Shown here piece after piece: positions 52,078 through 61,725 of a DNA stretch of 64,000 nt. The notes under the pieces are model-generated. The model was not told the DNA's origin and did no database searches. It worked only from the letters and a program-made list of their open reading frames with translations. The DNA is from an uncultured Verrucomicrobiae bacterium (GTDB lineage Bacteria; Verrucomicrobiota; Verrucomicrobiia; Chthoniobacterales; Terrimicrobiaceae). Each line of letters opens with the position of its first letter. Position 1 is the stretch's first letter. A program made the translations under genes and the position numbers. The DNA is taken from contig CAVPOC010000004.1 of NCBI GenBank assembly GCA_963706955.1, positions 64,001 to 128,000 of the forward strand, read 5' to 3'.

Positions 52078-53559
52078 TCAAAACCAGCTCTTCAGTCGCG
52101 GGTAAGCATCCGAAAAGTGCTGGTAAAGGACCTCGTATTTTTCCGCGCCTTGGGGATCCGGGGCCGTCACGGCGTCAAACTTTGGAGCGAATTGTCGCGC
52201 TTCGGCATATCCCTTGATCGCTCCGACGCCTATGGCGGCGACCAAGCCAGCGCCGACCCCGGCGCGTTCCGCGCCATGCTTGTCGCGGCCTTGGAGGAGC
52301 GGACGATTGAGGACATCGGCGACAATTTGGCGCCAGAGCGGACTTGCGAGTCCATTTCCCGAGGCGACCAGTCTTTCCAGCGGAGCACCGCATGCGACCA
52401 TCACGTCCACGATCTGGCGCAGGGCAAAAGCCACGCCCTCGAGGAGCGCTCGGACCATATGGCCCGGTCCGTGGCGCAGCGTCAGACCGATGAAAGCCCC
52501 TTTCGCTCGTGGGTCCATGAGCGGGGATCTCTCACCGACGAGATAGGGCAGGAAGACGAGACCTTCCGCACCGGCCTCGACTTCGGTCGCCATCTCGTCT
52601 AACTCGGGATAGGACCATTTGTTGCCGCCGAGGGTTTGACGCAACCAGCGCAAGGCCATTCCTGCAGAGAGCATCGCCCCTAGCAGATACCAGCGGTCCT
52701 CTGGGGCGTGACAAAAGGTGTGCAATCGGAGTTGCGGATCAAAAAGCGGCGTGGCAAGAGGTGCGAAGACCTGACCGCCAGTTCCGACGGTTACCGAGCC
52801 TTGTGGTGGATCGATCAATCCATTGCCTACTGCCTGCGCCGGTTGGTCAGCGCATCCGGCAGACACGGGAATCCCCGCCGGCAATCCAAGTTCGTCCGCG
52901 GCAGCCCGGCAGAGGTTGCCCACGATTTTCGCTGAAGGGTGTGTTTGCGGGAAAATCGACCTGGGCAAGGCGAGTCGGTCGATTACCTCGTCGGCCCAGG
53001 AACGTGCGGCCACATTGAAGAGTCCCGTGGCGGCGGCGTCGCTTTGGTCGGTGCAGAGCTCATCCGTGAGGCGAAACCGCACATAGTCCTTCGGCATCAG
53101 CAACGTTGCGGTGTCGTCGAGCGACTTGGGATCGTTCTTCTGCATCCATGCCAACGTTGAAATCATAAAGCCGGCCGCCGGCGCGGTGCCACAAGTGGAG
53201 GCGAGCAACTCGGTTCCGATTCTTTCTTGGATCTCGGGCAACAGCGCCGCGCTGCGCTGATCAGCCCAGATGATCGCCGCGCCCCGCGGTTGGCGGTTAG
53301 CGCCCATGGGGACAAAACCGTGCATTTGCCCCGAGAACCCGATCGCCAGGATTTCGGGCGCCGATGCCTGATGCAACGCCTGGCGAACTGCTGTGACCGT
53401 CGCATTCCACCAATCCGACGCATTCTGCTCGGCGTAGCCGGGCTGAGGCGTGAGAATGGGATACTCAGCAGTTCCGAGACCTTCGATGGCGCCTTCCAGC
53501 GAGGAGACCACCACCTTCACACTGGAGGTGCCCAGATCGATGCCAAGCAATGCTCTCAT
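52078..53559 (-). CDS. FGGY carbohydrate kinase (xylulokinase-like)
   Basis: LGIDLGTSSVK, FSGQMHG, WADQRS, PKDY, FLPYLVGERSP, RALLEGVAF, WRQIVADV. Confidence 0.9.
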   Translation of the reverse strand: MRALLGIDLGTSSVKVVVSSLEGAIEGLGTAEYPILTPQPGYAEQNASDWWNATVTAVRQALHQASAPEILAIGFSGQMHGFVPMGANRQPRGAAIIWADQRSAALLPEIQERIGTELLASTCGTAPAAGFMISTLAWMQKNDPKSLDDTATLLMPKDYVRFRLTDELCTDQSDAAATGLFNVAARSWADEVIDRLALPRSIFPQTHPSAKIVGNLCRAAADELGLPAGIPVSAGCADQPAQAVGNGLIDPPQGSVTVGTGGQVFAPLATPLFDPQLRLHTFCHAPEDRWYLLGAMLSAGMALRWLRQTLGGNKWSYPELDEMATEVEAGAEGLVFLPYLVGERSPLMDPRAKGAFIGLTLRHGPGHMVRALLEGVAFALRQIVDVMVACGAPLERLVASGNGLASPLWRQIVADVLNRPLLQGRDKHGAERAGVGAGLVAAIGVGAIKGYAEARQFAPKFDAVTAPDPQGAEKYEVLYQHFSDAYPRLKSWF

Positions 53560-53884
53560 GCGAGTTCGTTGTTCCGGGCGTGGTTTCCGAGCATTTGAAA
53601 CTCCATACCAGCACTATGGCTGGGTAAGAAATGGTGTAGCCAAAGGACGCGTTGTAAAGGCGCTCGCGTCAAGCGCCCAGCCAACTCACAGGCAATTCCC
53701 CAAGTTTTCAGATTCATCGTAGCGGAGACGTCATTATTAAAGATGGCTTAGTGAAATGGGCGCACAGGTGAGGTGGTAGCAAGTTCGCTGCTCTAAGGGC
53801 GGCGCATTTCGCATCGATTGGCTGCTTCAGGGTGGGCGACATACGTTTCGAGGGGGAATCATTCTGCGGCGCCGCCGCGCCTGT

Positions 53885-54937
53885 TTATGCGCGTTTTAAC
53901 CATAGGTGCGCCATCCAGCGGTCGCGCACGAGCGCGAGTGCAATCGCGAGAATCATTGTGGCTCCCCAGATAGCCTGGGTCAGGTGCGGGCTGAGTCCGA
54001 GTAGGTTAAAACCGGTGGAAATTACCTGCAGGAGAACGAGCGAGAGCACCAGGCCGAGAACCTTTCCGAAGCCACCATTCGGATCAACACCTCCCAACAC
54101 CGCGGCGAGAATGGTTATGAGCAGATAAGACTCCGCGTATCCTGCGCGCGCCGAGTTGAAGCGCGCCATCATTACGGTTGCCGCCACCCAGCAGAGGACG
54201 CTCGAGACGACATAAACTCCCACCAGCATCCACTCGGTCGGAACCCCTGAGTAACGGGTGGCGCGTTCGTTCGAACCGATCATGCGCACCGACACGCCAA
54301 AGGGGGCGTGGTTCATGATCACCCCGACGATGATTGCGCAGATGACAAAGATAATCATCGCCATTGGAACTCCGAAGAGCGTGCCATTACCTAGAAAGAG
54401 GATCGCCGGTGGGAAGCCGCCGATAACGCCACCGCTAGTCGCGAGCACGGCCACGCCCTTCACCGCCGTCATCGTGCCGAGGGTGACGAGAATTGGATGG
54501 ACGCCGAGAAAGGCGACGATCAATCCGGTGATCAACCCCACGATCAAAGAAGTGATCAGTCCCGAGGCGAGCGCCAGAGCGATCACGCCCGCTGTGATAT
54601 GTGCCGGACTCTCAGGACCAAGCATCTTGGTCATGATTGCGGCCATGACCAGGGCAGATAGATTCGCGGTCGCAATGATGGCAAGGTTCAGCCCGCCGCT
54701 CATCAGCGGGATCATCATGGCGAGCGCGAGGATTCCCAGCTCCGGCATTTGAAAGGCGATCGCGCGAAGAGAATCGCCGGAAAGGAAACGGGCGGGCGCC
54801 AGGGAGCTAAAGACAATCGCTGCAATCAGGAGCAGCCCTGTCAGCATGGTCACGGTAGGGTCTCGCCCGAGAAAATCGGCCAGCGAGGGACGGGGCGCTG
54901 CGGAAGCTGGTGGGGTTGTCGCGGTGTTAGACGACAT
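53885..54937 (-). CDS. Sugar ABC transporter permease
   Basis: QMPELGILALAM, GGLNLA, PILVTLGT, SYLLITILAAVLGGVDP.GG.G. Confidence 0.9.
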   Translation of the reverse strand: MSSNTATTPPASAAPRPSLADFLGRDPTVTMLTGLLLIAAIVFSSLAPARFLSGDSLRAIAFQMPELGILALAMMIPLMSGGLNLAIIATANLSALVMAAIMTKMLGPESPAHITAGVIALALASGLITSLIVGLITGLIVAFLGVHPILVTLGTMTAVKGVAVLATSGGVIGGFPPAILFLGNGTLFGVPMAMIIFVICAIIVGVIMNHAPFGVSVRMIGSNERATRYSGVPTEWMLVGVYVVSSVLCWVAATVMMARFNSARAGYAESYLLITILAAVLGGVDPNGGFGKVLGLVLSLVLLQVISTGFNLLGLSPHLTQAIWGATMILAIALALVRDRWMAHLWLKRA

Positions 54938-55904
54938 TGCCTACAGTCCTTCCTTGCTGGCGCTTCGCCGCGATGGCAGTCGCGCTCACGCTGATGAGAA
55001 TGATGATGCCGGTAACAAATCCAAAGGAGTAGGAAGATACGCCAAGCAAAGTCAGCCCATTCTGAACTATCGCCAGCAGGACAATTCCGAGGATCGTTCC
55101 AATCACCGTCCCGATTCCGCCCTGCAGGCTAGCGCCGCCCAGGACGACGGCCGCGAGCACATCGAGCTCCCGCCCGATCAGCGCGTTGGGAACAACCTCT
55201 TCCACGCGGTGAGCCTGGACCAGTCCCGCGATCCCGGCCGTTAAGCCGGAGTAGCCGTAGACGAAACATTGCAGGCCGACCAAATTGCATCCCATGCGCT
55301 TTGCTCCTTCGACATTTCCTCCCAGCCCGTAGATTTGACGGCCAATGGAGAGACGGTTCAGGAGGATGGCGGTGATGATGAGAACGATCGCCGCGACGAG
55401 GACCGGAAAAGGAATTCCCAACGGCGCGATCGTCTCCGTAAACCAGTCCGGCAAGTCGTAAATCGACACTCCGTCCGTCAAGAACATCAGCACGGCAAAA
55501 TAGAAGGTCATCGTCGAAATGGTGACAATAACCGACAGAGCTTGGAGGTAATGAATCAGGAGAGCATTCACCACGCCGAGCAGCGCGCCGAAAACCGCCG
55601 ACAACGCAAAGGCTACCACCCAATTGCCACCGATTTGGACGAGAATCGTCGCGACGAGATATTGGGTCACCGCGGCGATCGCAGCAAACGAGATGTCGAT
55701 CCCCCCTGCGATAAGCACTACCAAAAGACCCGCTGCCATGATCGCCATCACCGAATAGCTCTCCAACAACGTCACCAGGTTGCTGACTGACAAAAATCCG
55801 GGAGAGAGCGCAGAGAAGAAGGCTCCCAACAGAAGGATGATACTCGCGATTTGAACTTCGTGCCGGCGAAACGCCGCTTTGAGAGGTCGGCTGGCGTTAG
55901 GCAT
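54927..55904 (-). CDS. Sugar ABC transporter permease
   Basis: GGIDISFAA, GRQIYGLGGN, ELDVLAAVVLGGASL.GG.G. Confidence 0.9.
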   Translation of the reverse strand: MPNASRPLKAAFRRHEVQIASIILLLGAFFSALSPGFLSVSNLVTLLESYSVMAIMAAGLLVVLIAGGIDISFAAIAAVTQYLVATILVQIGGNWVVAFALSAVFGALLGVVNALLIHYLQALSVIVTISTMTFYFAVLMFLTDGVSIYDLPDWFTETIAPLGIPFPVLVAAIVLIITAILLNRLSIGRQIYGLGGNVEGAKRMGCNLVGLQCFVYGYSGLTAGIAGLVQAHRVEEVVPNALIGRELDVLAAVVLGGASLQGGIGTVIGTILGIVLLAIVQNGLTLLGVSSYSFGFVTGIIILISVSATAIAAKRQQGRTVGNVV

Positions 55905-57429
55905 GGATCGAATCTCTGAGTTCGTGCTCACTCACGTCATGAGGATTGTAGGTGGCGACGATTCGACCTTCTCGCATCACCATGATGCGATGGCTTTGGT
56001 GCAAGACTTCTTCGACCTCGTCGGAGATTAGCAAGATGGCCAGGCCACGGGTCGCGAGAGTGTCTACAATTTGGAAAATTCCGGCCTTGGCACCGATGTC
56101 AACGCCGACGGTCGGCGAATCCAAAATGAGCACGCGCGGTTTCGTCGCGAGCCATTTGGCGAGCACGACCCGCTGCTGATTGCCGCCGGAGAGCTGCTGG
56201 ACCGGCCGATCAGCCGTGGTCGTCTTCACGCGCAGCTCCTTAAAAATCCACCGGTTGATTGTTCGGGAGCGGCGTCCTCCATCGATAAGGCCCAACGGAC
56301 CGGTCAATCGATTTAAGACGGAAATGACCGTATTGTCAGCGATGGTTTGCGGCATCACCAATCCAAGTGAGAGCCGATCCTCGGAAACGTAGGCGATGCC
56401 GTGGCGGATCGCGTCGCGATTGCTGCGAAGATCGACGCGTTCTCCGTTGACTTGGATCTCCCCGGAGTCCGGCGGATTCATCCCAAAGAGCGAGAGTGCG
56501 AGCTCCGTTCGACCTGAACCCAGTCTGCCAGTCAGACCCAGAATTTCCCCCGGTCGCACTTCAAGATTGATGTCGAAGTATTGACCGGCGCACGTTAGCC
56601 CGCGTGCCTCCAACATTGGAGGGGCATCGCTGGACAAGTGGGGCTTGATACTGGTTTCGAAGACGTGCCCGGTGATAAGTTCACCCAAACGCCGGCGATC
56701 AAGATCCCGAACCCGGTAGGTGCCAAGGTTGCGCCCATCGCGGAGCACCGTGACTCTCTCCGCAATTGTCATGACTTCATCGAGTCTGTGACTCACAAAG
56801 ACCGTGGCAATATTTTGACGCTTGAGCTCGTGGATCGTCTCGAGAAGCGCCTCGACTTCCTGGTGGGTAAGTGATGCCGTTGGCTCATCCATCACCACCA
56901 ACCGCGCCTGCGCGGCCAGCGCGCGGCAAATCGCCACCAACTGACGTGTAGCGATGGGGAGGGTCCCGACCAAGGCCTCCATCGGGAGCGAAATCTTCAG
57001 GCGCTCCATGACTGCGCGCGCTTGGTCCTTCATGGTCTGGCGATTCATCAGACCTGCCGGCGCTTCCACGTGATGCCGAAAAGCGATGTTCTCAGCAACC
57101 GAAAGGTTCGGAAAGAGCGAAAGGTCCTGATAGATGATTTGCACCCCGAAGCGCTGGGAAGCGGCGGGGGATAAATGAGAGTGCGCCTTTCCCTCCAGGA
57201 TGATTTCTCCCTCGTCAGGATTGTGAACGCCGGAGAGAATTTTGATCAAGGTGCTCTTGCCGCAGCCGTTCTCCCCAGCAAGGCAATGTATCTCGCCGGA
57301 ACGGATCGAGAAGCTGACATTGGTCAGGGCGCGGACTCCGCCAAAGCGCTTGCTAATCCCGCGCATCTCGATGAACTCGGGTGCGCTTAGCTGGGCAGCC
57401 TGCTCAGAATTGGCCGAGGTGGAAATCAT
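55897..57429 (-). CDS. Sugar ABC transporter ATP-binding protein
   Basis: GENGCGKST, MDEPT, VSHRL, LSGGNQQR, LDSPTVGVD. Confidence 0.92.
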   Translation of the reverse strand: MISTSANSEQAAQLSAPEFIEMRGISKRFGGVRALTNVSFSIRSGEIHCLAGENGCGKSTLIKILSGVHNPDEGEIILEGKAHSHLSPAASQRFGVQIIYQDLSLFPNLSVAENIAFRHHVEAPAGLMNRQTMKDQARAVMERLKISLPMEALVGTLPIATRQLVAICRALAAQARLVVMDEPTASLTHQEVEALLETIHELKRQNIATVFVSHRLDEVMTIAERVTVLRDGRNLGTYRVRDLDRRRLGELITGHVFETSIKPHLSSDAPPMLEARGLTCAGQYFDINLEVRPGEILGLTGRLGSGRTELALSLFGMNPPDSGEIQVNGERVDLRSNRDAIRHGIAYVSEDRLSLGLVMPQTIADNTVISVLNRLTGPLGLIDGGRRSRTINRWIFKELRVKTTTADRPVQQLSGGNQQRVVLAKWLATKPRVLILDSPTVGVDIGAKAGIFQIVDTLATRGLAILLISDEVEEVLHQSHRIMVMREGRIVATYNPHDVSEHELRDSIHA

Positions 57430-57484
57430 GGCCGCGTGTGCCGCGCCCACGCGAGCGGGCGCGACACAGAATGACTGATGAAAT

Positions 57485-58490
57485 CTAGAGTCCGAGTGCT
57501 ACCAGCTCATCGACTGTATTCTTGTCGATCGCCAGCACCTTGATTGCGCGAATCACCCGCGTCTGCGGGTCGACGCTGACCTTTCCGAGACCGGGTATCT
57601 CCATGCCATCGGTGATTTCCTTCCCGTCCAGAACCATCTTCGCCACGGTGATGATCGCCTTGCCCGCTTCAGGAGGGCTCCAAATATAGCCAACCTTGAT
57701 GATGCCATCTTTGACCAACTTTTTCCCCTGGGTCGGCGAGCAGGCCCCCACCAGAACGATCTGTTCGGCTTTGTTGCGCTCTTTGATGGCCCGACCCGCT
57801 CCGATCGGGCCCTGGCTGCCGAAGGTCAAGATTCCCTTGAGGTTGGGATGGGCAAGCATGGCGTCCAAGGCGGTCTTGTAGCTGTCGTCAACGCTTTCCG
57901 CGACACCGTAGCGGTCGGCGACCAGTTTCATCTTTGGGATAGTGCTCCTTCTGATAGGCGATGGCCGCATCTGCCCATGCATTGTGCAACGGAACCGTCA
58001 AGCCTCCCACATAGACGATGTATTCGCCTTCCTCGTTCATGTATTTGGCGAGGTCTTTCATGTGGCGTTCCCCAAACTCCTTGTTGTCGATCATCTCGAT
58101 GTCCCACACGTTTCCCTTTTGATCGGGCGACTCATGGGTGATGATCGGAATACCCGCCGCCTTGGCCCGCTCGAAGACTGGCTCAAGAGCCTTGGCATCG
58201 TTCGGCACTACCCCGATTGCGCTAACTTTCTTGGCGATGAGATCTTCGACCGCTCGCACCTGCTGCGCAGGATCCGCCGTCGTCGGCCCGATCATATAGG
58301 CCTTCACATTTTGTTCCTTGCCTGCCTCTTTGATGCCTTTTTCCATGGCGGTAAACCAGGGGATACCTCCGATCTTTACCACAACGGCAATCTCGGGCTC
58401 CTCAGCACGTAGCTGGACGTTCCACCCTGCAAACAGCAGGGCGAGCGCAACCAGGGCAGCGCGTTTAAAGGTGATGGATTGTATTCTCAT
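57485..58490 (-). CDS. Sugar ABC substrate-binding protein (LsrB/AI-2-like periplasmic family), frameshift near 57935
   Basis: Signal peptide; VVKIGGIPWF, DPAQQV, VVPND, ITHE, VGGLTVPLHNAW, FGSQGP, WSP. Confidence 0.87.
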
Positions 58491-58550
58491 TTCTTGTTCT
58501 GCTTGGGTGTGGGGTTGAGTTCGAGAGTCTGGGGGGTGACTTTTCTAAAT

Positions 58551-58576
58551 ATCGAATTCGATCAACGAACGTTCGT
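58551..58576. promoter_or_regulatory. Two adjacent 12-bp palindromes upstream of the second ABC operon; putative operator
   Basis: ATCGAATTCGAT-CA-ACGAACGTTCGT. Confidence 0.45.
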
Positions 58577-58796
58577 AAAAAAAATCAGGAATTCTTTCGG
58601 GCCGCTCGCTGTAGACTATTGTTCAATAGTTGAGTTGGGATGTCAATCACACCGGCGGCAATCAACTTCACCAAAGTCAAGCGAGTAAGATAAGAAGACA
58701 TAGGTTAACTTGACGGTTTGCCGGCCGGACTGGGCGCACCAACCAGCCCAGGGGGTGAATGGTTTAAAGTCGAGGGAAAACGCTTCGAAGCGCCGC

Positions 58797-59589
58797 CTAC
58801 GCCTTCTGGTTAAGCGTCGCCAGTCTGGCAACCCGTTGGGTCAATTTAGAGAAATGCGATCCTGGCCAGTAGATGCGCCCGCATTCGTCACAGACCCGAT
58901 AACGATCATAGTATTGTAGCGTGCGTGGTTCTGCGGCCAGTCGATTGGCCACGTCCTGCTTGCCGGTGGTTTGGAGCAGCCCGTTGCATTCGAGGCAGCG
59001 CGTGAAGGGAGCGAGAGTGCCGGAGGAAATCGTAAGTCCGAAGCGACATAGAACCTCGGTTGTTTGCATCTCAGGCTCGTGGGACCGCGGGCAGAACCCG
59101 TCTTTGACAATTGCGTGCATAAGCAGACGACGATCGCGTGTCAGGATTGCTCGATTCTCGGTGGACATGATTTGGAGAAGGCGACGATCGTCCGCCTGCG
59201 GTTCGTAAGCGCTATCTAATCCGAGGAGTCGGAGGTTGCGGGCAAGTCCGCCGAGATGTCCATCCACAACAAACCGTTCGCAGCGCCGGCGCTGCAGGCG
59301 CGGCTGCAAGGGAAGAATGTCCTCCGGCGCGGGAAATCCATAGACCTCGATCCGCGCAGATGTTTCCACTTGCCAGCGGAAATCAACGGCCATTGGCGTG
59401 GGATTATTCGCGCATCTGATAATGATCAAATCGACCTCCGGGTGTGGAACCCCGCAAGCCTCAATCACATCTTTAATGGATGTCTTTTCAGACAAGTGCC
59501 GAAGAACGTGCGATCTCGTTCGCCATCGCCTCGGTCACGAAGAACGTCGCAAGGTCACCGTGGAATTTGATCTCCAAACCGAAGTTCAT
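58797..59589 (-). CDS. Mut7-C RNase domain protein with N-terminal ubiquitin-like domain; N-terminus frameshifted
   Basis: IKFHGDL.., SIKDVIEACGVPHPEVD, FVVDGHLGGLARNLRLLGLD, LTRDR, RCLECN, CDECGRIYWPGSH. Confidence 0.88.
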
Positions 59590-59795
59590 CCGCAAGAGTG
59601 CTACCCACAAAAGCGTCGTGTTGGCCGCGGAAAAATCAATTTCGCCGAGTTCCCGGCGATTCCCACGGTCCGCCGGTCAGGGTCATTTTCTGACAACTGC
59701 CTGGCAGCGCTAGACGATTGTGTGGTTGAACGCACCGTCGAGCCCACGGTCAAGCGAGTCGCCGTGCGTCGGCGGCAATTTGCCACGAGGGAAAG

Positions 59796-59921
59796 CGGTG
59801 AGGGTCTCGGACCTGAAGGGAGCGGCGACGTTCGGGCAACGCCAACCCACGCTACACGGGAAAATTCATCACCAAGAAAAATGCCACCTTGTCCGCCCCC
59901 CCGGACTCTCACCGGACGGGG
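59796..59921. ncRNA. Candidate structured RNA (unassigned)
   Basis: CGGTGAGGGTCTCGG (59796-59810) can pair with CCGGACTCTCACCG (59901-59914); lies in a ~550-bp intergenic region. Confidence 0.25.
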
Positions 59922-60143
59922 CTATCATCCCGAGGCTATTTGGCCGGAGCGGAAAGGATGGCACTTTGCGGGCCGCGCTTTGTTCACCCAGATCAGCGGG
60001 CCATTAAAGTAAGCCGATCCGTGCAGATGTCAATCTGGAGCCGGCAAACAATTATATCGGACGTTATCGGTGCGCGTAAGGGGGGTGGTGCGTGGGTGAG
60101 GATTGCTCTTGTCACGCTGTCGCGGTCACCTATCACTCTGTCG

Positions 60144-60548
60144 ATGATTCTCAGCTGGCTTTCCAAGTATCGTGATCTTGGCTTGCTTTTCTTGCGCGTG
60201 GGTATCGGCACGATGATGGTTCTCCACGGTTGGCCGAAACTCGCCGGCGGCATTCAGCAGTGGGAAAAACTCGGCAAAGCCATGAGCCTTGTCGGCATAA
60301 GCTTTTTTCCCGGTTTTTGGGGCTTCTCTTCGGCGATGGTTGAGACTGTTGGGGGCGTGCTTATCGTGTTGGGGTTTTGCTTTCGTCCAGTCGCCATCTT
60401 AATGACATTCAACTTCATTGTGGCAACCGTCTTCCTTTATAAGACAACGGCTCAATTCATTGAGTGGTCTCGCCCGGCTGAGACGCTGATTCTTTTCTTC
60501 AGTCTCATCTTTATCGGTGCCGGCAAATACAGCATCGACCGAAGCTAA
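60144..60548 (+). CDS. DoxX-family membrane protein
   Basis: GLLFLRVGIG..HGWPKL, ETVGG, GAGKYSID. Confidence 0.9.
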   Translation: MILSWLSKYRDLGLLFLRVGIGTMMVLHGWPKLAGGIQQWEKLGKAMSLVGISFFPGFWGFSSAMVETVGGVLIVLGFCFRPVAILMTFNFIVATVFLYKTTAQFIEWSRPAETLILFFSLIFIGAGKYSIDRS

Positions 60549-60808
60549 GGATTTCCCGGGCTTCCTCCTCCTGAGTTAGGGACGACCACACAAGATGGGA
60601 GCTCTCGCGCGGTCTCCCACCGCCGAGGCCCGCCAGAATGAGGACATCGCCGACCTACAGAACTGTTCCGATCGTGGGGACACGGTCGCTCCAATCTACG
60701 CTCTTGCACCCTGCGATTAATGCTCGAGAACTGCGATAAGCTACATGAGTCTTGGGCTCACCCTGGCACGTTCCAGAGCCAACATCGGAAAACGCCAACT
60801 CTCAAATG

Positions 60809-61066
60809 TCACCAAGGACGCTCGACGACTTCATAGCCCCCGGTGGGATATCTGCGGTAGTAAACGTTATCGTAATCGTAATAGTCGACACCACGATAGA
60901 CTCGAGTGCGATATCCCCTCGGCAGAACCGTAATAACTCTCGGGGTGGGACTCACGGTGGTCTCTTGAACCACGACGCGAGTGGGAACGGTGCGCCGCTC
61001 GTAAACGAGGCATCCCGAAGTCGCCAGACCGGTAACGAATGTTGCGATAAGAAGAATGGTTTTCAT
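60809..61066 (-). CDS. Small lipoprotein (DUF6515-like Tyr-rich beta protein)
   Basis: Lipobox TSGC; LPRGYRTRVYRGVDYYDYDNVYYR..GYEVV. Confidence 0.7.
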   Translation of the reverse strand: MKTILLIATFVTGLATSGCLVYERRTVPTRVVVQETTVSPTPRVITVLPRGYRTRVYRGVDYYDYDNVYYRRYPTGGYEVVERPW

Positions 61067-61185
61067 GGGCTAAGTAGGTGCTAAAGGAGAATCGCTGCGG
61101 CAGAGAACGGCGCGCGTATGGCCCACCACTATCAAGAGATCGATTCCTACTCGACGTTCTGCTTGCAATTGGAGAGTAACAAGCT

Positions 61186-61659
61186 GTGGAAGCTCTTTGG
61201 TGGTTTCTAACGCTGGCACTGATGGTGATCGGTCTTGTCGGAACCGTGGTGCCTTTGGTCCCCGGGACCGTCCTTATTCTTTGCGGAGCGGTGCTCAACC
61301 ACTTTCTTCTCCATTCCATAGGTTGGCCGACTCTCGTGGCGCTTACACTCATGATGATCGCGGCGCAAGCCCTCGACGTCGTGAGCGGTTCGCTCGGCGC
61401 GAAGTGGTTCGGGGCGACACGTTGGGGCGCGATCGGGGGGATTCTCGGGGCGATCGTCGGACTATTCTTCGGGTTGATCGGCATCTTTGTTGGACCCCTA
61501 ATTGGGGCCTTGTTGGGTGAATTGCTGGGCGGAAAGGGTCTGCTGCCAGCCGGGCGTTCCTCCTGGGGCACTCTGATCGGCACGAGTGCGGGAATTATCG
61601 GCAAGTTCACCATTGGTGCAGCCATGATCATCTGGTTCTTGATCGCCGCCCTGGTGTAA
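61186..61659 (+). CDS. DUF456-domain membrane protein
   Basis: GLVGTVVPLVPG, GAKWFGATRWG, GPLIGALLGEL. Confidence 0.88.
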   Translation: MEALWWFLTLALMVIGLVGTVVPLVPGTVLILCGAVLNHFLLHSIGWPTLVALTLMMIAAQALDVVSGSLGAKWFGATRWGAIGGILGAIVGLFFGLIGIFVGPLIGALLGELLGGKGLLPAGRSSWGTLIGTSAGIIGKFTIGAAMIIWFLIAALV

Positions 61660-61725
61660 CAGCCCTCCGAAGAACCGCCCATTGCGAAAGGGTGAGTACT
61701 TGTCGTCTGGCGGCGTTTAATCTGT

